Part shown: positions 54,753 to 64,000 of the stretch, one piece after another | How the letters are laid out: each line of letters starts with the position of its first letter | Position numbering within the stretch: the stretch's first letter is position 1 | Assembly: GCA_951406725.2 (NCBI GenBank) | Contig: OX597836.1 | Location: 5,394,001 to 5,458,000, forward strand | Length of the DNA: 64,000 nt | Origin: Octopus vulgaris | Lineage: Eukaryota | Direction of reading: 5' to 3' | Position numbers and translations under genes: made by a program | Notes under the pieces: generated by a model | What the model was told of the DNA's origin: nothing | Seen by the model: only the letters and a program-made list of their open reading frames with translations | Database searches by the model: none

Positions 54753-54825
54753 TATGAAGATCACCAAGTAATACAGCAGTTGATCAGTTAAGAAAGAAAA
54801 CTCATTACTATCAATTAGTAACATG

Positions 54826-55035
54826 AGGCGGCATGCCCTCAGTTTTGTTAGCCTGTCGAACAAAATGCTTCGCGACATTTCGTCCGATTTCCCCTTTCTA
54901 TGTCCAAATTCCGTCGGGGTCCAGTTCGCTTTTCATCCTTTCGGAGTCGATAAAATAAGTAGCAGTTGAGCAGTGGGGTCGAGGTAATCGATTTTACCAT
55001 CTCTGAAAATTGCCGGCCTTGGGCCAAAATTAGAA
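54826..55035 (+). mobile_element. SINE family B (tail type 2)
   Basis: TTTTCATCCTTTCGGAGTCGATAAAATAAGTA core. Confidence 0.75.
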
Positions 55036-55119
55036 ACCATTAATAATTATTAAGACAAGGCGGCGGGATGTCAGAATTGCAAGCATTTCTGTGATTTCTT
55101 CGCAGCTTTATGAATGAAG

Positions 55120-55212
<93 letters not shown>

Positions 55213-56904
55213 GTATAAATTTATACCTATGATATGTAAGTACGTACACACTTATATGTATATATATATGTGGCTATATTTGTAAGAGAGTGACTGAATG
55301 TGGACGTATGTATGATTGTGTTCATTTCTCAACACATTTTATCTTCTGTTGGTCGACATCGCCGCAACAAATTCCTTCTCAATTATTTGTGCTCCAGCAA
55401 GTAATAGGCGTAATAAATGCAAGCGTCGATTTCATTGACGAAATCCTTCAACGCATAGTCGTAATCAAAGGGGTTTAAAACATTAGCAGAATAACAGAAC
55501 ATAAGTTTAATATCGAATAATGAAACATGTGGTTATAAAGAAGCAATAGTTTGAGGAATTTTAAATGATTAGAATAATAGAATAAAGGGTAAAACGTTTT
55601 ATGTTTTATGAAATTATTACAGTTATGTGGATGAAAAGCGCAATTTGATATTGGTAATAGAGCGTTGCTTTATGCAGCAATGAATATTTTATTGAAGAAA
55701 TTTTGTTATCTCAGTTCATTTGGAATAGAACGAATGAATAGCAGCATGCAGCTGTTATTAATAATCTACTAATTTATACTAAGCAGTCGTAGGTGCGTAT
55801 AAGCTAAAAAATATTACCTATGTGGAAATTTAATAGGCTTAAAGAATCGTGGAGTTATGAAGGCTCCGTATATTCGAGATAAAACGAATTTTTTAATGCT
55901 TCAAAAATATCTGGTAATTTCTCAATAGTAGGTTTTATGATTTCGGAATACAAATTTGACAGCTTTTTCTGGATACAAGATATTGTAACAGACGAAATGT
56001 TGGCTGTTACTTTTAAATTGAGTTCTGGTGAGCCTAAAGGAAGAAATAATCTTTTCTGTTCACGTTTCTGAACTTGCGTATGTGTTTAGGAAAATTCACT
56101 TAAAGGTGTTTGCCGTTAAACTTGAATACTAAACAGAGGCCTTAAGATACATAGAGCGACAAAGACGCATAAAAAATAGGATCACAAAATAATTAATTTC
56201 AGCCTGTAAGGAACGAACAGACTGAAATTACAGATAATGGTACTTCTGCATTAATGATCCACACTACAAATAATGGCCCTTCTTCAAAAAAAGGCAAAGA
56301 TAGTCGGAGGCAATTTCTGTAGAATAAATATGGACATAATCATGTAAGTATCATTGTGATAAAAGAAAGGATGACCTAATTTCATTTGAACAGATTAGGT
56401 TTATTCAGAGAAGATTACTTTGCTAATCAATGGAAACAATAAGCAAACGAATATAGCGATTATTTTCTATGCAGTTACTCAGATGTGTTTATACATGAAA
56501 TTTTGGAGACAACTGTGATGTCTATGTGTTCCTGCATGGGACTGTGTTTGTATTTGGTTTGCAGATGTACTTTAAGAGTATATAATTTATGCATGATTAT
56601 ATATAGGAAATGAAGATTAAAGAAGTGTGGTATTGAGTGAGGTTATGTACGTCGGTGTCTGTGTGTCTTGTCTTTGATTACACACGTGTAGATAAGTGTG
56701 CTCCAGCTATGAATGGAGTATAACGGCGCAAGAGTAGACAATGACAAAAGTAAAAATAGCGAGGCGAGACTGGTTTTTATCCTGGCAAAACAGTCTACTA
56801 TATTTCGGCAGGTAAATGTTTGATGAAGTGGACAAGAATTAATGTTAACACCCGTTAAAGGAATTCGGAAAGACAGCTGAGACTTCAGTTTTGAGATAAT
56901 GCAG

Positions 56905-57110
56905 CAAATGGCAGAATCGTTAGCACGCCGGGTGAAATGCTTAGCAGTATTTCGTCTGCCACTACGTTCTGAGTTCAAATTCCGCCGATGTCGACATTGC
57001 CTTTCATCCTTTCGGGTCGATAAATTAAGTACCAGTTACGCACTGGGGTCGATATAATCGACTTAATCCGTTTGTCTGTCTGTTTGTCCCTTCTGTGTTT
57101 AGCCCCTTGT
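56905..57110 (+). mobile_element. SINE family B monomer (tail type 1)
   Basis: High identity to 7833-8063. Confidence 0.88.
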
Positions 57111-57203
57111 GAGATGAGAATATGTTGAATAAAATCATAATTAACTGATCCTTCTGTATTTTCTTTTACCTAGAATAAGGAACCTTACAGCACTCCTTCG
57201 TGA

Positions 57204-57282
<79 letters not shown>

Positions 57283-57287
<5 letters not shown>

Positions 57288-57543
57288 TAAAATATAATTG
57301 CCAACTAAATGTGGAGATTCTATAGAGGACGAGCTACTGTTGATTTTAAACCACAGGAGGATATTTCTTCCAGCTGGCCAACGACACGCTGTCTGTGTCT
57401 GATTAATATTTCCGAGGGAAAAGAAAAAGGTGTATCCTTTGCTCTACTTCAGAAAGAGAAAAATAAGAAGAAAAGAACCAGAGCATATCAGGATACTTGG
57501 GAGAGGTGATTAACATTTCGAGACTTTGCTCTTCAGCAGAAAG
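57283..57543 (-). mobile_element. Element with two tandem E1-like hammerhead motifs ending at (TA)n
   Basis: Minus strand: CTTT-CTGCTGA-A-GAGCAAAGTCTC-GAAATGTT-AATC (57508-57543) and a related copy with an expanded stem II (57401-57456). Confidence 0.55.
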
Positions 57544-58654
57544 GTTACCATCACATCCACTTTTTGGACTCACGATATACATACATACATACATACAGAT
57601 CTTCATACATACATACATACACGCACGCGTGGCGTTTTGTATTTTTGCAAAGTAATACATTTTACTTAACTCCAGTCCTCACAATTGTAACTGGGTAAAT
57701 CTGCGAGCGATATACCTTCCGATCGGATGACGGTGCCGAGAGGTGGTAAGAAATGTCGGCCTGTTCGCATAATTAAAACGGTGCGGAGTACATTGTGACC
57801 AGCGATGTGTAACAACATAGAATAGTCTCTTCTCGGTAATGTCATCCTATGATACATGTGTGTTTATGTGTGTGAGTGGAAGAGAGAAAGAGTGAGAGAG
57901 AGGGAGAGGTGGAGAGAGCGCTCTGTTGACATACCTTTTTGTATTTGCTCATGAAAATGCTTCTGTAAAAACCACCCAAGGAGATGTGCAATGGGGTCGA
58001 GCTATCAAACCAGTAACCGATTGATTACAAAAAAAATTCGCTCACCAAGAAGCCATTTTCTTTATCTACCCACACGATATCACTTAAGAAATGTTAATAC
58101 AACATTCGATTTAAAACTATTGGCAAAGCAATAGATAAAATATTTATTTCTTACCAATAAGTAAATAAATAAATATATAAATAAATATGTAAAGTACCTC
58201 TTGAGGAATATTGAGGCGATATTGGATTAAATTTTATTGGTGAAACAACTGAACATTTCGATTCTAACAACAGTAAAATTGCCCCTTCAAGAAATGTGTC
58301 AATTTTGCTAAGATCAAAGCGTTCTGGTAGCATTATAAAAGAGAGCACTTCTTAGAACTGTAGTTTTGTTGGTTATCCTTTTTTCGTTTAGGTGTATTGC
58401 TTTAATCGATGTTTGATGTTACTGAAATCGTTTTGGTAAAATTAAAATTATGCACACAACATTCTATATCAATACATAGCTTGCTATACTGACCTACATT
58501 TAAGAAAGTTACCTGCCATGTTCGAAATAAAGATTTATGTAGTTTTATTCAGCCGCATAAAACCGATAATCGTGTAACCACTTGAAAATTATCACGACAA
58601 CATCAATGGCGTCGACGACAACCCCAAGTACAACAAGAATAAAAGTCATTTTGT

Positions 58655-58860
58655 ACTCTAAGCACAAGGCGTGGAATTTTCACTGGAGGGGACTAGTCGA
58701 TTGCATCGACCCCAGTGTTCAACTGGTACTTATTTTTCATCGACACAGAAAATATTAAAAGCAAAGTTGACCTCAGCGGAACTGGACAACAGGGCGAAAT
58801 GGACGGACGAAATGCCGCTAAGCAATTTGCTCGGCATGATAACCATTCTTCTAGCTCACC
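58655..58860 (-). mobile_element. SINE family B (tail type 2), diverged
   Basis: CATCGACCCCAGTG..AACTGGTACTT, GACGAAATGCCGCTAAGCA. Confidence 0.75.
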
Positions 58861-58864
58861 ACTC

Positions 58865-58960
58865 TGATGATGATGATGACGACGACGACGACGACGATGA
58901 TGATGATGATGATGACGATGACGATGGCGTTGATGATGATGATGATGGTGATGATGATGG

Positions 58961-59002
<42 letters not shown>

Positions 59003-59224
59003 CGACGACGACGACGATGATGGTGATGTCGATGACGATGATGAGCAGGAAGAGAAGAATTGGTGGCGATGATGATGATGATGATGGGAAATAATAATCA
59101 AGTTGTACATGATCATGGTGGAAGTTGTCGTGGTGATGACGGTGATGGTGATGTTTTCGGAGGTGGTGGTCTTGTTGACTAACAGAAAGAATGAAACGTC
59201 GGTAATGGCGGCAGTCGCGTAAGG

Positions 59225-59256
<32 letters not shown>

Positions 59257-59325
59257 ATGATGATGATTATGAGCATGATGATGATTGTAATCATCGTCAT
59301 CAATATCATCATCATCAGCAGCAGC
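58865..59325. repeat. (GAT)n / (GAC)n trinucleotide repeat region
   Basis: Read directly. Confidence 0.95.
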
Positions 59326-59839
59326 AACATTATGAAGACTTAACTAACGGAGACGATGAAGTTTTATTGATACGAATTGAAAATGTGAAACAATCAGAAA
59401 GACAGATCGAAAACCAATGAGAGAGACGATGAGAGTAAGAGAGAGAGAGAGAGAGAAAAAGAAGGAGAACAGAGAGACACACGGAGTAAGTGAGTGAGAG
59501 GGGGGAGATGGAGACAATGAAAGAGACACAGCAAGAAAAATCAATCAAAAGAAAAAGATGGGAAATGAAGTGAGTGGTTTTACATTCATATACACATATA
59601 TCGATGTGTGTATGTGTGTGTGTGTGTGTGCGTGTGTGTGAGTGCGGATGTGTGTGACAAACTATATGCACATATTTGTGTAAATATATATATGTAGTAG
59701 GTATATATATATATATATTAGTAGGTATATCTGTGTAAATATATATATATAAGTAGGTATATGTACGTACTGGCACACCCCTTCACATAGATATATTTAT
59801 ACGTTTATGTTGTAGAAGGAGAATATATGGATATGTATA

Positions 59840-59893
<54 letters not shown>

Positions 59894-60400
59894 GGTATGT
59901 ATGTATATATATACGTACATACATGCACACATATATATGTAAACACTGTCACTGTTCATGTGTATGTATGTGTTGCAGTGAATGCTCGTACGTGAATGTG
60001 CGATATTATAAGGACCTGATAATCCCCTTAATCTTAAAGATACACGAACGCACAATAGTCCGCATTATAGAGATGTAATTTCTATTCCCGTGTGTCTCTC
60101 GCTGTGTGTGTCTGCGTGTCTTTGGTGCGCTGCGCGTGCATCTGTGATGCATAATGCCTCGCTCGCACGCGCTCTGAAATGCATTCGTTATCATCAATGT
60201 ATTTATCTTCATTAATGCATGTTGATGAATATACATAAGTGCATATATTTGCATATATATATATATATATATATTCGCACCAATACTCCTTATGTAACCG
60301 CACACAAACAAACACACACATAAACACATACATACATATATATCGATTTATCGATGTATGTATTTATGTATATATGTATGTAGGTATGTATGTATGCATG

Positions 60401-60455
<55 letters not shown>

Positions 60456-60653
60456 GTATAAAGTCGGATAGATAAATAGATATATAGATATATATGTATG
60501 TATATATGAGTGTGTATGTGTGTATGCACGTGTCTGTATGTATTTCTTTAGGCATTTGCGTCCTTGTGTATTTGTACAAGAGAGGCAGAAAGACAGGCAG
60601 ATACATATTACATATGCATATGTGTATATATATGTATATCTCTCTCTCGCTCC

Positions 60654-60685
<32 letters not shown>

Positions 60686-60735
60686 GTATATGTATGTATG
60701 AATGTATATATATATATATGTATATGTATGTATGA

Positions 60736-60766
<31 letters not shown>

Positions 60767-61506
60767 CAAACATATATATATATATACATACTTATGTATA
60801 TATAGAGAGACAGAGAGGGAGAGAGAGAGAGATCTTTTAGGTATTTCTATGTGTATGAATGTGTATATCAGTCAATGTGCCTGCGTTCCGTTTTGTGTGA
60901 ATGTGCTTCTATACGGTATGCCTGTGTGTGTGCGCTGCCTGTGTGTTTGTATGTCTGTTAGTGTGTGTGTGTTTGTGTGTATGCATGCTTGTGCATGCTT
61001 GTGTGTGCATGTGTGTGTGTCTGTCTATCTTCAGCAAATTCATCTCATCGCAGCAAATCTCTCCAAACCAATTATCCAACGATATTTTAGGAATCTTCGA
61101 TGCATCTTGGGAATTGGTAAGAATTATTGGATCAGTGTTCCAGTTGAACGTTTTTATTCTATATTTCACTGCTAAATTGATTCTAAGCATTCACTGAGGC
61201 GGGTCTAGACTTGATGGACTTACTTGAGGAATTTCAAATATCCCATCTTTCGATTCATCACTTATTGATTTAGAAGAGGTCTTAGCAATAATATGAATGG
61301 CTAAAGTGGAAGATTTTTCGTCCGTCTCCATATTTAGGCGCAGTAATTGATTTCGAAAAAAATTAATATTTCATCATATTTATTTCTTATTTCTTTTTTT
61401 CATTTCTATAGAAGGCGTTGGTAGAAATGTGCGTCTAAGAGGGTCGTTTCGTAATTATATGGTTTCCACTTTCCGTCCCATTGTGCTGTAACTGGAGTGT
61501 CTGGCC

Positions 61507-61599
<93 letters not shown>

Positions 61600-64000
61600 T
61601 AAATAGATAGATATACAGATATATAGATAGATATACATATATATATTTATGTACGTATATAAGTATGTATATATATATATATATATATATATAGATGTAT
61701 ATGCATATATACATATATACATGCGTATGTATGCATATGTGTACATGTACATATATGTATACACACAGCCGGTGTTGGTGTGTTTATGTCCCCGAACGTC
61801 TGTAACTCAGCAAAAGAGACTGAGTAAGCTTTAGAAATTAAGTACTCTGGTTGATTCATTCGACTAATTACTCCAGAGGGCAGTGACACAGCATGGCCGC
61901 AATGAAATGACTGAAACAAATAATAGTATAAAGGCAAAGAACAGCAAAGTTTGACAGAAAGACTTTATTGTTTTGGGGGTTTTTTTTTCATTTAATTGTA
62001 TCGAAAAGTCACATCAGCGTTCCTTCATTGATTTTCATTTTATAATTGATGACTAAATGAGGAAATCTGCAACGCAGCTTCAGAACTTGAAACAAGTATC
62101 CCCTGTGGTACTAATCAGTGTAATATATGATTAATTGATAGAAACCTCAGACGAATAATAGCAAGACACCGACCCTATATATACATTTTAATAACCATGG
62201 AAGTTTTCTTTTAGAAGCAATTACGTATTTTATGACAGACGCCCATAATCCATAAGAGACTCAAGATTAATGAGTCATGTCTTCCTGCTAAAGTCCACTT
62301 TAGATTTAAAAGCTATAAAAATGTATTAAATATTATTTTTTTTAAATTAATTGATATTAATTAAATATTATTAAGCAGAAAATCAATATTTACCGTTCAT
62401 TGACCCTGAAAAATTTATTTATAAATATTTGTTTAGTATAATTTTTTTAAAGAAATCTTAGCGCAAAATATCATTATTAGACCTCGAAAATTTGTCCCCG
62501 GTGTATGGTGTATTACTGATATATTTCCTCAACCTCAAATTATGACACACAACAGGCAGTCGTCAGCAGGGTTGTTGAACGATTGGCCCCCAGCAATACC
62601 CATCCTCTTGCTGGAGTTGGATTTTTGATTCCTCGTTAATATTTTGAGTCGGAGTTTATGTTGGGGAAGCACATACGGTTGAGGTTTCGGTAAGTAAATG
62701 GCTAACATCTTTTAAATCTCTTCTTTCGTTTTCTTTAATTCAGATCAATACAACGTGTCAGTTGTCAGGATATTTAACTTTTAATGACACGATTGATTTT
62801 GTTACGATATAATTAGTCAAATGTCTGATCTAATATCTGTTGAGGAGGAGGAAGAGGAGGAAGAGGAGAGAAATGAAGATATAACAGTATAGAAGAGGAA
62901 GAAGACGAAGAAAGTAAACAACCACCACCATCACCAGCATCACAACAACACCAACATGAACGAGGAAAACAAGTAGAAGACAAATTTGAATGCAACGAGA
63001 GAAAACAGTGTGAAATAATTATTGATATTTGAATTGAGCACATGGGAATATGCCAACGAAATTGAAGTTGGGCAAGAAATAGAAGTGTTGGTCACGACCG
63101 GAAAAAAACAGACATGGGAAAATTCCTTCCACAAACAACCATCAACCATCTTCTCTATATAACTCACCACCTACTTCTCACACATAGTTCGTTTGTCTTC
63201 AAACTTCTATCCGTCGTTTTCCTCCTCTCCCTGATTAATTAACTGTTTCTTGTAAAACACCCGTGTTACAAGAGTTGATGTTGTAGCATTTTTGCCTGAT
63301 TAGTCCTAGGACAGCTTTTATCGACCAGGCATGTGATCAAGTATTTCCAAGTCTTTGATAAACTCATCGACGGCAAACTGAAGTAAAATTGTTCGAAAAG
63401 TTCCAGATATCTTAACAGAGCAGGGTTTAATTTAAGGGTCGATTGGTTGGTATACGTAGTAATCGAGGACATGAAGTTGCGGGTCGTTTCTGCTGCCGTA
63501 CGTAATAACGACTACATTATCGAACGGGCCCTCGCGTTTTGAAGACGGTATGACGACATACAAACTGTTGCCCAAATATGTGCATACGAAGCACAACACC
63601 AAATAAACATCAACAAGACCTACGCCACAAAGAACAAAGGCAACGCAAACAACAAAATTAGGAAAATGACAATACCGACATTGTAAACAGCAAGAAAACA
63701 TCAACCGTGTCAACACGAACCATGCTGTGACGGTATTGACAAAAACAACAAAACAGCAGTAATACAAACAGTAATAAACACCAAAGGCAATAACTGTGAA
63801 AGAGTGGAAAAGAACAGCAATAACAACTACAACAATGCAAGCAGTAAGAAGTCCGGCAAACAATATATGTGAAACGCTAAAATATCTTCTCAGACAAGAA
63901 TAACAAACCGGTCAATTCCAATATGGAATCTAGCCTAGAAATTGAAGAAAATGCAATTATATTGTTGCTGCAGGAATATCACCGAGTATATATATATACA

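Noticed and set aside
58671-59330. Poly-Asp 'acidic protein' ORF
   Set aside because: It starts within a SINE B copy and runs through a (GAT)n repeat that is open in several frames.
62690-62743. 54-nt GT-AG intron
   Set aside because: Very short, with the branch motif too close to the donor, and the upstream frames contain stops.

Overview
AT-rich eukaryotic intronic/intergenic DNA saturated with (TA)n, (TATG)n, (CA)n, (GGAT)n, (GAA)n and (GAT)n microsatellites. The repeat landscape resembles a coleoid cephalopod (Octopus-like); this is an inference from recall, not a database result. Almost all ORFs in the supplied track are microsatellite artefacts, and no host gene can be called securely (three weak candidate exons). 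The supportable content is mobile DNA: a young 5'-truncated CR1/L2-group LINE (34094-35664) with an exact in-frame 298-bp internal duplication at its 5' end, a second LINE 3' end of the same group, an RTE 3' fragment, mariner relics, a non-autonomous Helitron, a hAT MITE with an 8-bp TSD, Penelope-like GIY-YIG relics and at least four tRNA-headed SINE families. The most interesting signal is a set of about nine type-I minimal hammerhead-ribozyme motifs in short repeats, most ending on (TA)n runs. One retrozyme-like family (49540-49820, 52672-53055) keeps its stem pairing across diverged copies, has a palindromic stem III, and in one copy forms a 360-bp unit with a 24-bp terminal redundancy. 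The dominant SINE also shares its structured 3' tail with both CR1/L2-group LINEs in the window.
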